From Cyanophyceae cyanobacterium (GTDB taxonomy: Bacteria > Cyanobacteriota > Cyanobacteriia > Cyanobacteriales > Laspinemataceae), in the NCBI GenBank assembly GCA_038321985.1, contig JBBQFN010000010.1, positions 32,001 through 96,000 of the forward strand: a stretch of DNA of 64,000 nucleotides. The letters are read 5' to 3'. A program made the position numbers and the translations under genes. The notes under the pieces were generated by a model. That model did no database searches. It was not told the DNA's origin and was given only the letters and a program-made list of their open reading frames with translations. The stretch's first letter is position 1. Every line of letters starts with the position of its first letter. This document shows positions 1 through 10,908 of this stretch, in pieces.

Positions 1-1722
1 ACAATCCCTGAAACAATTGCTTTAGTTGGCTCCGTGCTCTTAGTAAGCTGGATGGCATTTGGACGTGGATATTCGATTGAGTACGCATTGATTCCGTTGC
101 TGATCTGGGCAGTCTTTCGATTCGGCAAGTTCAACACCAGTCTTTTAGTGGTTTTAGTTTCAGTCATCGCTATCTTCGGTACGACTCAGGGTTTAGGTCC
201 ATTTGTTAAAACTTCTACCCAGGAGTCTTTGTTGCTATTACAATCTTTTATGAGCGTTTGTGCGATTACTTGCTTAATCTTATCTGCGGCGATCGATGAG
301 CGGGAAACTGTTGAGACAAAACTCCGGGAGACAAACCTGCAATTGCAAGAGAGCCAAAGCAAATTAGCTCAATTGATAGAAGCAATTCCCGTTGGGGTCG
401 CAGTTTACAAGCAGGATGGAGAACTAACTTACTTGAATAAAACCGCAGAAGAGTTACTCAATATCAAACAGGGATCCGCACCCTCTGAGGAAAAAATTCC
501 TGATATTTATAAAATTTACCGTGCTGGTACGGGTCATCTCTATCCAGTTGAAGAAATGCCATTTATGCGATCGCTGGCTGGCGAACGGGTGCGGGTGGAT
601 GATTTAGAACTTCACCCAAAAGACCGGGTTTTGTCTTTAGATGTGACAAGTACCCCAATTTTTGATGAAAAAAGTACCGTAGTCGGGGCAATTGTGGCGT
701 TTCAAGATATTACCGATCGCAAACAAGCCCAACAGGTCATCGCGGACTATAATCGCACTTTAGAAGAAAAAGTCGCAAGCCGGACTAAAGATTTACAAAA
801 AATTCTGGCTGAACTCCAACGGACCCAAGCTCAATTGATTCATACGGAAAAAATGTCGAGCCTGGGCCAAATGGTGGCTGGAGTCGCTCATGAAATTAAT
901 AACCCTATCGGTTTTATTTATGGAAATATCACTCATTTGGAACAATACTTTCAAGATTTACTCCAAGTTCTGAATATCTACCAAAAACAGTACCCCATTC
1001 TCCCTGACCCTTTTCAAGACCAGGTAGATAAGATAGAAATTGAATTTTTAATAGAAGACTGGCCCCAACTTCTCAAATCCATGAAGTTTGGTGCTGAACG
1101 AATTAAAAAAATTGTTGAAAATTTACGCAATTTTTCTCATTTGGATGAGTCTGAGTTAAAGTCGGCAAATATTCAAGAAGGAATTGAAAACACCTTGATG
1201 CTGGTCCAGTCTCGCCTGGATAATCCCCGTAATACTGGAAAAATTCAAGTGATTAAAGAATATGAAAACCTCCCGGAGGTGAATTGTTATGCCTCTGAAC
1301 TGAATCAGGTGTTTCTCAATCTGTTGAATAATGCGATTGATGCTTTAGAGGAACGCCAATGGACGCAGAGTAGCTTGGGGAAGGAAAATTCCCTGAATGC
1401 CAGTCCCGCTATGAGCCAGCCTTCATCCCCGGTGAGTTGTTCGGTTCCTACAATTTGGATTCGCACGCAGAGGGTGGGAAATAAGTCCATCGCCATCCAG
1501 ATTACAGATAATGGGGTGGGGATATCTGAATCTGTCCGTTCCAAGGTTTTTGACCCATTTTTTACGACAAAACCCGTGGGTTCGGGGACGGGTTTAGGGT
1601 TATCGGTTTGCTATCAAATTGTCGTGCAACAACATGGGGGCCAATTAAGTTGCCTGTCTACACCAGAATTGGGAACTGAGTTTCTGGTTCAGATTCCGAC
1701 AGTTTTGAACTGTTCAATCTAG
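1..1722 (+). CDS. Membrane sensor histidine kinase (MASE1-like TM region, PAS, HisKA, HATPase); 5' end lies outside the window
   Basis: Frame open from base 1; hydrophobic helices, then PAS; H-box VAHEINNP, N-box NQVFLNLLNNAIDA, G-boxes DNGVG/GTGLGL. Confidence 0.9.
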   Translation, partial: TIPETIALVGSVLLVSWMAFGRGYSIEYALIPLLIWAVFRFGKFNTSLLVVLVSVIAIFGTTQGLGPFVKTSTQESLLLLQSFMSVCAITCLILSAAIDERETVETKLRETNLQLQESQSKLAQLIEAIPVGVAVYKQDGELTYLNKTAEELLNIKQGSAPSEEKIPDIYKIYRAGTGHLYPVEEMPFMRSLAGERVRVDDLELHPKDRVLSLDVTSTPIFDEKSTVVGAIVAFQDITDRKQAQQVIADYNRTLEEKVASRTKDLQKILAELQRTQAQLIHTEKMSSLGQMVAGVAHEINNPIGFIYGNITHLEQYFQDLLQVLNIYQKQYPILPDPFQDQVDKIEIEFLIEDWPQLLKSMKFGAERIKKIVENLRNFSHLDESELKSANIQEGIENTLMLVQSRLDNPRNTGKIQVIKEYENLPEVNCYASELNQVFLNLLNNAIDALEERQWTQSSLGKENSLNASPAMSQPSSPVSCSVPTIWIRTQRVGNKSIAIQITDNGVGISESVRSKVFDPFFTTKPVGSGTGLGLSVCYQIVVQQHGGQLSCLSTPELGTEFLVQIPTVLNCSI

Positions 1723-1793
1723 CGATCGCACCCTAATAATCCCAGATATCCATGAAAAATACCGAGTTGCGATCGCCCTACTCCATCTCCAAC

Positions 1794-1826
1794 AAAAAGG
1801 GGAGTCTATTTACACCCCCCTTTTTT
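1794..1826. terminator. Probable bidirectional intrinsic terminator
   Basis: AAAAAGGGG...CCCCCCTTTTTT hairpin with A and T tracts, between convergent genes. Confidence 0.6.
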
Positions 1827-1927
1827 ACTGAGTAATATTCCGTTGTCAGATTTATTAATTGTTGCTGCATTTAAGCATTTCCTTGATTGACTGGATTTAA
1901 CCTATTTAATAAGGCAACTTGAAACCA

Positions 1928-2059
1928 TTAAGCGCTGCGTTTTAGGGAACCATCAGAATATAATTCCATGGGTACTAATTCTAGTTTTCCGTTTATTTGG
2001 ACTTTCGAGTAAACCATTTTGACGAATTGGGCGGTGTTGGTTCGACAGCGAATTAACAT
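1928..2059 (-). CDS. Small protein, 43 aa (MLIRCRTNTAQFVKMVYSKVQINGKLELVPMELYSDGSLKRSA), below the ORF-track cutoff
   Basis: ATG at 2059 preceded by GGAGG (2068-2072) with 8-nt spacing; TAA at 1928-1930; terminator downstream. Confidence 0.65.
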   Translation of the reverse strand: MLIRCRTNTAQFVKMVYSKVQINGKLELVPMELYSDGSLKRSA

Positions 2060-2287
2060 GATTTTGTCCTCCGATTTGCTTCTTCCTTTCTTATATTCCC
2101 ATTATCTCTCTATTCAGGATAAAAGTAGGGTGATGTGAAGCTGACGGGATTGTGATAGTTCTGTGACCTAAAGGCGATCGCCCTCATTGGCTTCGGTGAT
2201 TTCAAACACAGTACCGGATGAGGGTGAATTATTAAGAATTTGCAATGGCTTTATCACCTCTTGTTAATAAGTAATCCATCCTTTACT

Positions 2288-5200
2288 TTACCGTTCTTCG
2301 AGAGAATCTTCCCCCTTCATTCCCCTAGAATGGCGATGTACCATAAAGGTTAGAACGGTTTCATCAATACCCTTCAATTCCAAGGGACGGAATTTGACAA
2401 TTTCATCGTCATGAAGATAATCCGCCACGGCTGCGGATACTAGAATTGTACCGGGGTCGGCAGCTTCTTGCAAGCGGGAGGCGATATTGACACTCGGACC
2501 GATCGCTGTATAATCCGATCGCAAATTGCCCCCAAACATTCCCACGACTGCGGTGCCTTGATGAATCCCACAGCGGAACTGAACCCGAGGCAAGCCTTGT
2601 TCTTCCCAGTTCTGGTTCAAGCGATCAAGCGCCTGTAACATTTGTCTAGCGGTGGCGATCGCCCGGCGTACCTGCTCATTTGGGGTCAAATCCTCCGGTG
2701 CACCAAACATCGCCACGATCGCATCCCCAACAAACTTATCCACCGTCCCGCCATTATCAAACACCGCCTGAGTCATTTCTGTTAAATATTGATTGAGCAC
2801 CTCCGCTACCCGGCGCGATCGCAACGTATTTGCCAACTGGGTAAATCCGACGATATCGCTAAACAAAATGGTAATCAGACGCGGTTCCGGACGTAAATCC
2901 AGAGACAACTCACCGGAGGCCGCTTTTTGCACCATAGAAGGGGGTAAAAAGCGGCGCAGCACTGACTCGGTTAAATAAGTATTTAACTGGGCTACCCGCC
3001 GCTCATTTTCCTTAAGCGCTAGTAAATTTCTCACTTCTGCTAATAATTCGCGATCGTTAAAGGGTTTGGCGAGATAGGCATCTGCACCCTTTTCCACCCC
3101 TTCGATGCGGGTATCCTCATTGACCTTAGCCGTGAGTAAAATAATCGGCGTTCCCCTTAACGACTCATCCTCGCGAATCATTTGGATCATATCCAACCCG
3201 GAAACCAACGGCATCATCAAATCGGTGACAATTAACTGCGGACGATAGTGAAGAACTACATCGAATCCTTCCGCACCATTTCGTGCCAGAACCACCCGAT
3301 ACCCTTCTTTTGTGAGAATTCCCGAGACGTAATTTCGCAAGTCCGGATTGTCATCCACTACGACAATCGTCGGGTGGAGGGTGTGAATTGTAGAAGGTTG
3401 TGCGGGTTGAAGCATTCCTCCCAGACCCATGAATCCAATGTTATCCTCTTCCATCTGCACATCGGCTAACTCCACCGAGGCCCGCGCCGGTTCTACCCCC
3501 GTGGGAACTTCAATAATTTGATCCGGGGGTAAGTGAGAATTACCCAGGGGTAACCACACCATAAACACAGAACCTTGACCATAGTCAGACTCAACCGCAA
3601 TGGTTCCCCCATGTAGTTCTACCAGTTCCTTGGCTAAGGCTAACCCTAACCCACTGCCTTCATAGGAGCGATTAGCTGACCCTTCTGCTTGGCGAAATCG
3701 CTCAAACAAGTGGGGAATTTGGTCGGTACGGATACCAATTCCGGTATCTTTAACTTGGAGTAAAGAATAATCTCCGGCCTGTTCCAAAGAGACGATAATT
3801 TTCCCTCCAGAGGCGGTAAATTTCATAGCATTAGAGAGGAGATTGTAGAGGACTTTATCAAATTTTTCTAAATCCAAATACAACGACGGACAAGCCTGTA
3901 AGTCCGTTGCGATTTCTATACCCTTTTTCTCGCAATAGGGACGAAAAATTTCTACGGTTTGGCTGACGAATGCTAGTAAATCGCAGGGACGAAATGTAGG
4001 CTGCATTCGACCGGCATCTAAGCGCTGTAAGTCCAGGAGTTGATTCACTAATCGGAGGAGGCGGCGGGTATTCCGCAGGGCGATCGCCGCTTGGTCCAAG
4101 GGTAAATCTTGTTGATGCTCTACTGCCGATTCTAACGGACCCATCATCAGGGTTAATGGGGTGCGGAACTCGTGAGAAATATTTTGGAAAAATTCCGTTT
4201 TGAGGCGGTTGAGTTCGAGGAGTCGTTCCGCCTGCTGACGAGTTTTTTGGTAGAGGCGAGACTGATAGACGGCGATCGCCCCTTGTGCCGCCACAGCTTG
4301 CGCTAAATCGATTTCCGACTGCTGCCAGCGCCGGGGTGCCTTGACTTGGCGCAAGGTAATGCTGCCGATAATTTCGCCATCGGAGATTAAAGGAACGACT
4401 AATAAGGCCCGCGCAGGCGATCGCAGGGGTAAATCCATCACATTCCAGGCTGGCTGTTTTTCCAGGTCCTCAACCACCACTGGTGCACGAGTGGCAAGGA
4501 GTTCCTGCAACACTGGATTTCCAGTGATCGGGACGACTGATCTCGGCAATTCCCCGGAATTCGGGCGAGGTTCTGCTTTTCTGGTAAGAGACGAATAGGG
4601 AGCCGATGTCCCCCCCATTTCCGTCTCTTCATCCTCCAGTTGCTCTCCTTCCGACGCCTCTACCGCCTGTAACGCCGCATCGTACAATCCCACACACTGA
4701 ACATACTCATCTTCTACCGTCCATAAAGATAAGGCACAACCATCGGCCTGTAACGCTTGACCCAGTTGTTGGGCGATCGCTGCAAAAATATCTTTGGGAT
4801 TCAGACTCGACCGAATCGCCGTAGTAATCGTATTTACCAGGCCCTCACGCTTTGCTAGGGCCTGGACCTGCTCATAAGCCCGCGCCTGAGATAAAGATAG
4901 CACCGCCTGATCCGCCACCATAAACACCAGTTGCACCTCGTCATCCTGCCACTGACGCCCTGATCCCGATTGGTGCAATGCCAGGACCGCCATCAGTTCC
5001 AATCGAAACATCAGAGGAACAACCAAACTTGACCGAATATCTGCCGCTTTTAACGTCTGTCGCCGTTGCTGAAGTTGAGGCGTCTTTCCCTGTAACCGTT
5101 CGTCAGTTTCCACATCGTTGATCACCTCAATATCGTGGGTTTCCCACACCGTCTGTGCCAACCCCAACGGTTCTAAAACGGGACCCGATGGGGCAACTGG

Positions 5201-5848
5201 CACTTTTGGCCCTTGACCATTGGACTTGACCGTGCCGAGTTCCCGCTTTTGATACATAAACCATTCATCAATAAAGTGGCCTTCTTTATAGGGACGCAGA
5301 ATGCAGTAACTGACCTCAAACATTTGGCCGAGGGTATCGACGATCGTCTGCAAAATCTGCGCCTCAGTCGTCCGAGAGCGAATGGTATTGGTAATGGCAT
5401 TCAGTAACGATTCCTGGCGCAGGGTGCGACATAATTCCCGGGTCCGCGCTTTCAGGACATTGTGGGTATCTAATGCTTGTGCAACTAATGCCTTGAGTTC
5501 ATCAGCATCCCAAGGTTTGGTGACGTATTTAAAAACCTTTCCCTCATTAATCGCATCCACCAGGTCATCCACATCAGTGTAAGCAGTCAGAATGATCCGG
5601 ATCGCGTCAGGATACTGAGTTGCGGTGAGACTGAGTAATTCAGTGCCGCTCATTTGCGGCATCCGCTGATCCGAAATAATCACCGCCACATCCCCTGCCT
5701 TGGCGAGGAGTTCCAACGCTTGGGATGCATTTTCTGCCGTCAGCACTTCATAGTCCCGATAAAAGGTGCGATAGAGCAAGTCGAGGTTATCTGGTTCGTC
5801 ATCGACCACCAGAAGTTTCGGCTTACTATATGATGTTTCGATACTCAT
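2288..5848 (-). CDS. cyaC: Hybrid adenylate cyclase CyaC (REC-GAF-GAF-HisKA-HATPase-REC-class III cyclase)
   Basis: N-terminal REC (VVDDEPDN, SDQRMP), two GAFs, SHEFRTPL H-box, second REC, cyclase motifs FSDIVGFT, DKFVGDA, YTAIGPSVNIASRL. Confidence 0.93.
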   Translation of the reverse strand: MSIETSYSKPKLLVVDDEPDNLDLLYRTFYRDYEVLTAENASQALELLAKAGDVAVIISDQRMPQMSGTELLSLTATQYPDAIRIILTAYTDVDDLVDAINEGKVFKYVTKPWDADELKALVAQALDTHNVLKARTRELCRTLRQESLLNAITNTIRSRTTEAQILQTIVDTLGQMFEVSYCILRPYKEGHFIDEWFMYQKRELGTVKSNGQGPKVPVAPSGPVLEPLGLAQTVWETHDIEVINDVETDERLQGKTPQLQQRRQTLKAADIRSSLVVPLMFRLELMAVLALHQSGSGRQWQDDEVQLVFMVADQAVLSLSQARAYEQVQALAKREGLVNTITTAIRSSLNPKDIFAAIAQQLGQALQADGCALSLWTVEDEYVQCVGLYDAALQAVEASEGEQLEDEETEMGGTSAPYSSLTRKAEPRPNSGELPRSVVPITGNPVLQELLATRAPVVVEDLEKQPAWNVMDLPLRSPARALLVVPLISDGEIIGSITLRQVKAPRRWQQSEIDLAQAVAAQGAIAVYQSRLYQKTRQQAERLLELNRLKTEFFQNISHEFRTPLTLMMGPLESAVEHQQDLPLDQAAIALRNTRRLLRLVNQLLDLQRLDAGRMQPTFRPCDLLAFVSQTVEIFRPYCEKKGIEIATDLQACPSLYLDLEKFDKVLYNLLSNAMKFTASGGKIIVSLEQAGDYSLLQVKDTGIGIRTDQIPHLFERFRQAEGSANRSYEGSGLGLALAKELVELHGGTIAVESDYGQGSVFMVWLPLGNSHLPPDQIIEVPTGVEPARASVELADVQMEEDNIGFMGLGGMLQPAQPSTIHTLHPTIVVVDDNPDLRNYVSGILTKEGYRVVLARNGAEGFDVVLHYRPQLIVTDLMMPLVSGLDMIQMIREDESLRGTPIILLTAKVNEDTRIEGVEKGADAYLAKPFNDRELLAEVRNLLALKENERRVAQLNTYLTESVLRRFLPPSMVQKAASGELSLDLRPEPRLITILFSDIVGFTQLANTLRSRRVAEVLNQYLTEMTQAVFDNGGTVDKFVGDAIVAMFGAPEDLTPNEQVRRAIATARQMLQALDRLNQNWEEQGLPRVQFRCGIHQGTAVVGMFGGNLRSDYTAIGPSVNIASRLQEAADPGTILVSAAVADYLHDDEIVKFRPLELKGIDETVLTFMVHRHSRGMKGEDSLEER

Positions 5849-6550
5849 GCACCGCTCTCCTACACTCAGGGGGAGTTATATCCAATGTCTTTATCTTTCG
5901 TGACAGCTTTCTGGTGTCAGCGAGCATGAAGTGCTCCGTTGAACTTGGGAAAAGAGTTTGAGTCTCTATAATAACCAACCTTGGCGGCGATATCCTCCTA
6001 TCTCCCTCAGTAGCCGAATTTACGGGGTTTAGTCAGTCAATCGGAATGTCCGCCCTTGGGCCTGATTGAGGGGTTAGGGGTTAGCCCGGGTATCTGCCCC
6101 TCCCCGTCCACAAAAAATGCCCAGTCTGCCTGTTGGTTCTGTTCCGGAGGAATTGACGGGGCCGATCAGCTAGCGATCGCTGGGAATAATTTTGAATAAT
6201 GACGATATTTTACTGGGAACCGTTAGATCAGGCATTAGAAATTTCACCGATCTATGCTCGGGGTCCCTTGGGTTCAGGTCAGAATTTTGTTGAATTGAGA
6301 TTTTGGCACTCAGAGATTTATGAGGAATGAAGCTGATCCCCCGTTATTCGTGAATTCAAATGAATGAGGCAATTCCTCAAAGGAGTGGGGTCGTCTTGCT
6401 CCCGAGTACAGCAGCCGGGAGCGAGACGCTTCTATTTCGGCCTTTTATTATCCGCATCATTTCCAGGGCTATATAACTTTAATTCCTATAAAAAAGGAAC
6501 TCTTTTTAGAGTTTTCTCTAGGCTGGATGGGATATAGGTTCAATTGACTT

Positions 6551-9043
6551 TTAGGAAAGGACGGGTAATTCAATTATAAATTCACATCCCCCTTGAGGTA
6601 GATTTTCAAAAGTCAACCTTCCCTGATGTCTGTCTACAATAATTTTATAGGCGATCGCTAAGCCTAATCCTTTGCCACTCCCCACGGGTTTAGTCGTGAA
6701 AAAAGGATCGAAAATTTTGGTTTGATGCTGTTCGAGAATTCCGTCTCCGGTATCGCGAATGCGAATCTGTACCCACTCGCCTGTAGGGAGATCGGGCAGC
6801 TGACTGGGGAGAACTGTAAGGGAGAAAAACTCGGGTTTTTCAATCACGGTAGTGGTGATGGTAATTTGCCGATCGCCCAAATGATTCACCGTGAAATTAG
6901 CCCCATTGACCCCTGCCTCCGGTGGTTCAATGGCATCGATCGCATTAGAAAACAAATTCATAAACACCTGATTTAGTTGTCCCGGATAGCAACCTAACGG
7001 GGGAATATTACCATAGCATTTAATGATTTCGATATCATGGAGGCGATGGGCTAATAAAATCAAGGTACTTTCAATCCCTTCATGAATATTCACCCATTTT
7101 AATTCCGCTTCATCTAAGCGAGAAAAATTGCGTAAGGTCAAAACAATTTGACGCACCCGTTCAGACCCCTCCCGCATAGAGTGGAGGATTTTGGGTAAAT
7201 CGGTCTGAATAAAATTTAGATCAATTTCAGCTTCAAATTCAGCAATAGAGGGGGGAACAGGATTCACCTGAGCGCGATAACGCTCTAAGAGTGCTACAAG
7301 CTCATAGCTATAATTGGCAATGTGAGGAAGGTTCCCGTAAATGAAATTAATAGGGTTATTAATTTCGTGGGCAACTCCCGCCACCAATTGGCCTAAGCTC
7401 GACATTTTTTCGCTTTGAATCAGTTGGAATTGGGTACCATGAAGAGAAGTAATTAATTCATTTTTTTCATCAAGGGCTTTTTTAAGCTGTTGCGCTTGCG
7501 ATCGCGCTTGGCGAGCTTGGTCCTGGGTGCGTTGATATAACTGCGCCTGAGTAATCGAGATTCCAAGGTGCAAGGAAACTGATTCCATCGCCGCAATTTC
7601 ATCTTCATGCCACTCATAAGACTGAGGTTTAATTGCCGAAACATGACCTAATAAACTCTCTCGATACCAGATGGGTACACTGAGTAAACTGCCAATTTGG
7701 AGTTCCTGAAACAGAGCGCGATCTCGTTCCCCAAATTCGGAAGTTTGAGTATTGGCGATCGCCGTCACATCTTGCCCGAGCAAACTTTGAATCAACCCCG
7801 CCTCGAACTGAAATAGCTTGATTTCAATCCCTACATCCAGAGGATGTTCGCTGATTGAGAGAGATTGATTCGGGCGAGAGACTCGGTGAGTAACTCGCAG
7901 AGATCGACAGAGGTGGTGGATGCTTTCTATTAAAGAAGTCGGCCTCGAAAACAAAATTAAATCGGCTTGAGTGAGGGTTAATAATTCAGATAAGGCTGTC
8001 TCAATCGTGCGATCAAGATTTAAAGAAGTGCGAATTCGTCCGGCGATTCGGTTAAGAACTTGTTCCCGTTGGGCGCGTTTTTTGACTTGGAGATAATGCC
8101 TTGCATTTTCTAGGGCGATTGCTCCCTGTTGGGCTACCATTTCAGCAAATTTTATTTCGGATGGATTCCACAACCGACAAACCCCCTTGTAACTCAGATA
8201 AACCGTGGCGATCGCTTCATTTTGGGAGAGGATTGGGACCATCAATGTAGAGTCTAACCCGCCACAAAGCAGCAGCAATCGCTCTACTTCGGGCATTACC
8301 GCCGTTTCTACATCCCCCACCACCCAAGGGCTCTGCTGCGATCGCAATGTATCCCACTCTTTCAACCCCTCCACGCCCAGGGGGAGTCCCAACGCCGGGT
8401 TCTGGAGGGGGGAGAGCCTTTCCGTTGCTTCCTGGCGATGATAAGCCGCAATTTCCATCAAAGTTTGTCCCTGGAGATTGTGTAGGATCAACCCTGCACA
8501 GTCGGCATTAAAGGCATCACACATTTGCCGCACGATCGCCTCATAAACCTCAGTTTCATTTAGGGACTTGTGAAGCGCCCGGGCGATCGCATTTAAACGC
8601 TGTGCCGATAAAACTTGCGCCTTCTCTCCTGGAGGTTGTTGAGTGCGATCGGGATTTTTTTCAGCAGAATTTCTGGACTCGGCTGGAGATTTCACTTTTT
8701 CAGGAGTTGCCTTTAAGGATTGAAAATTTTCCGCTTCCTCCTTTTCGTCACCGTCGGTATTTTTATTCCTAGAGAGAGAGGTTGAAATCTCCGCCCGGTA
8801 GGATTGTCTTTTTTCAAAACAAAGTTGCTTGACTTTAGCAAGTGTGCCTCGGTCGATTTGGCCCAAAAACTCTAAACAATCCAGCCAACCGGCAGTCCAT
8901 GCGCCATTTTCAGCCTCATTACCCTCTAGCTGCAACTGGGTTTGTCGCCCCAAGAGTTCGGCGATCGCCACTCCTCGCGATGTCCGGTTCGTAGAACCGA
9001 CCTCATGGGGGTCAAACGGAAAAATATCTGCATTCATCAGCAT
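6551..9043 (-). CDS. GAF-GAF sensor histidine kinase
   Basis: Two GAF domains, VAHEINNP H-box, NQVFMNLFSNAIDA, FTTKPVGSGKGLGL. Confidence 0.9.
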   Translation of the reverse strand: MLMNADIFPFDPHEVGSTNRTSRGVAIAELLGRQTQLQLEGNEAENGAWTAGWLDCLEFLGQIDRGTLAKVKQLCFEKRQSYRAEISTSLSRNKNTDGDEKEEAENFQSLKATPEKVKSPAESRNSAEKNPDRTQQPPGEKAQVLSAQRLNAIARALHKSLNETEVYEAIVRQMCDAFNADCAGLILHNLQGQTLMEIAAYHRQEATERLSPLQNPALGLPLGVEGLKEWDTLRSQQSPWVVGDVETAVMPEVERLLLLCGGLDSTLMVPILSQNEAIATVYLSYKGVCRLWNPSEIKFAEMVAQQGAIALENARHYLQVKKRAQREQVLNRIAGRIRTSLNLDRTIETALSELLTLTQADLILFSRPTSLIESIHHLCRSLRVTHRVSRPNQSLSISEHPLDVGIEIKLFQFEAGLIQSLLGQDVTAIANTQTSEFGERDRALFQELQIGSLLSVPIWYRESLLGHVSAIKPQSYEWHEDEIAAMESVSLHLGISITQAQLYQRTQDQARQARSQAQQLKKALDEKNELITSLHGTQFQLIQSEKMSSLGQLVAGVAHEINNPINFIYGNLPHIANYSYELVALLERYRAQVNPVPPSIAEFEAEIDLNFIQTDLPKILHSMREGSERVRQIVLTLRNFSRLDEAELKWVNIHEGIESTLILLAHRLHDIEIIKCYGNIPPLGCYPGQLNQVFMNLFSNAIDAIEPPEAGVNGANFTVNHLGDRQITITTTVIEKPEFFSLTVLPSQLPDLPTGEWVQIRIRDTGDGILEQHQTKIFDPFFTTKPVGSGKGLGLAIAYKIIVDRHQGRLTFENLPQGGCEFIIELPVLS

Positions 9044-9198
9044 TTTACGTCATGTTATTATTGATAATAATTATTTATGTTGTTCGGCTTTTTGTCCACT
9101 TTATACTAATTTTATATTTGAACCCCCTCATCAGGTTATGTTATAAGGGGAGAGGGTTCCGTTCCTGTCAAAAACCAGTCCGTTTCAACCCCCTTAAT

Positions 9199-9849
9199 GT
9201 GAACTCCTCTTTCACGTCCCCAATCCACCGTCACAGCACTGCCTCTGAGCCATCCTCGGGAGGTTCGTCTCGCTTTTCGATCCGGGCCGCCCAAGCCAAA
9301 GACCTCAGCACCCTGTCCGAGATTTTGGTCGATAGCTTTCATTCTCAAGACGGTTTCGGGGGTTGGCTGCATCCCATTTGGCGCTTAGGCATTTATGAAG
9401 ATTTGCGAGTGCGACTGCGATCAAGCTCAGCCCACTGTATCTGCTTAGTTGCCCTCGATCCTCCACCGGAACCCCCCTGTGACTATGAATCCGCCGTGAA
9501 GTCCCCGGCAGGGGATTGCGTAATTGTTGGCACAGTAGAAATGGCGTTGCGCTGTATCAAACCCTGGACCCTGGGAATGACACAGTTTCCTTACCTGTCG
9601 AATTTAGCGATCGCCGACTCTTATCGCCGCCAGGGAGGAGCGAGTCAATTGCTGCAAGCTTGCGAGGACATCGCCTTAGATTGGGGGTTCCATGACCTTT
9701 ACCTGCACGTTCTCGACAATAACCGCGCGGCGAGACGACTCTATCACAAAGAAGGCTATCGGGTTCACTCTATTGAGTCGGGATGGGGTCCTTGGTGTTT
9801 CGGTCAACCCAAACGAATGCTTCTGCATAAGGCACTTGATCGCCGTTGA
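9199..9849 (+). CDS. GNAT family acetyltransferase (probable GTG start at 9199; ORF open from 9052)
   Basis: YLSNLAIADSYRRQGGASQLL acetyl-CoA motif; LHVLDNNRAARRLY. Confidence 0.85.
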   Translation: MNSSFTSPIHRHSTASEPSSGGSSRFSIRAAQAKDLSTLSEILVDSFHSQDGFGGWLHPIWRLGIYEDLRVRLRSSSAHCICLVALDPPPEPPCDYESAVKSPAGDCVIVGTVEMALRCIKPWTLGMTQFPYLSNLAIADSYRRQGGASQLLQACEDIALDWGFHDLYLHVLDNNRAARRLYHKEGYRVHSIESGWGPWCFGQPKRMLLHKALDRR

Positions 9850-10216
9850 GCGAAGCGGTGGGCACTCGCCTCATCTAGCAACAGTATTTCTGCTTTTCAG
9901 CCAGCAGTGGGCGCACTTTAACTCCCTACCTTAAAAATTACCTTTCCAGGGCAACGGACTGGGTTTATCTCTCTTTTGCGATGCTCCCTGGCCTGTTTTG
10001 GAACAGGGGGACTTATGTTTTTAAATTCCTGAAAAATTTTAAATGGATTGAAACGCACTTTTTTAACCCAAAAGCGCGTTTGCTGATGTAATCGGGGAAT
10101 GATAAATCTATTAAAACTTTATTCCTTAAATTTGGGGATTTTTCTACCCCCATCTTGTAGTCATGAACTGCCCCATTTGTATGTAGTGATTTTCGGCATG
10201 AGAAGGGAACCCTCAA

Positions 10217-10813
10217 ATGACTCAACATAAACAGGAGGACCGGCAACAAAATAGAGAGGCCCAAGGATATAACCCCCTGGGTTCCATCCCATCTGACTGT
10301 CTCGACTGCATCATTCCCAAAAGCGAGACAGCCCTTCCTTCTCGTGCTTTGATTAAATACTCCCCTACTTCCCAACTCTTGACTCAGATCCGAAGCGGGC
10401 AGCTTTTTGTCGTGGACAGTCGTCGTCGCTGCGGATTGATTGTCTACAAGCGCTTTCATGCGGAGTTCGTGGGTCCAGGAGCCGCAGTTGGGGGCATTTT
10501 TGATATAGAGTGTCAGCAAACTATTCCCGTGGGGGATCTGGTTCTGCTCTATCCCGAAAGCTACGAAGAACGGCAAAAAGCATTTGCGATTCGCCGCCAT
10601 TGGATTCGGTTATTGGAACGGCTGACGGCACAAGAGGTTCCATTACAGCGCACCCAAATGATGCTCACCCAATTTCAGCACTACTTCGATCGCGAAACAG
10701 TGTTGAGACTCCCGGATGAGGCGATCGCCCGATTGGTGGGTGTCCTCCCTCAAACCGTGCGTAGCCTCCGGCACCTAGAGTCCAAGTCCCTAGTCAAAGT
10801 GGCTGCACTCTAA
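10217..10813 (+). CDS. Conserved cyanobacterial hypothetical protein with Crp/Fnr-like C-terminal HTH
   Basis: HAEFVGPGAAVGG motif; C-terminal LPDEAIARLVGVLPQTV HTH-like segment. Confidence 0.65.
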   Translation: MTQHKQEDRQQNREAQGYNPLGSIPSDCLDCIIPKSETALPSRALIKYSPTSQLLTQIRSGQLFVVDSRRRCGLIVYKRFHAEFVGPGAAVGGIFDIECQQTIPVGDLVLLYPESYEERQKAFAIRRHWIRLLERLTAQEVPLQRTQMMLTQFQHYFDRETVLRLPDEAIARLVGVLPQTVRSLRHLESKSLVKVAAL

Positions 10814-10817
10814 ACCC

Positions 10818-10856
10818 CTTTACCCTGTAGCCTAAAGCTGAGGCTACAGGGTAAAG
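10818..10856. terminator. Perfect 16-bp stem-loop between convergent genes
   Basis: CTTTACCCTGTAGCCT-7 nt loop-AGGCTACAGGGTAAAG. Confidence 0.6.
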
Positions 10857-10908
10857 CCTCCCTGACAAGGGGTAATTTAAACCTCCGGATTTTGTCCACA
10901 GGAAATTT

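Noticed and set aside
6551..9043. Cyanobacteriochrome photoreceptor
   Set aside because: Neither GAF shows the bilin-binding CH or DxCF motifs.
10013..10600. 195-aa minus-strand ORF
   Set aside because: It is the antisense shadow of the conserved gene at 10217-10813 and has no motifs.
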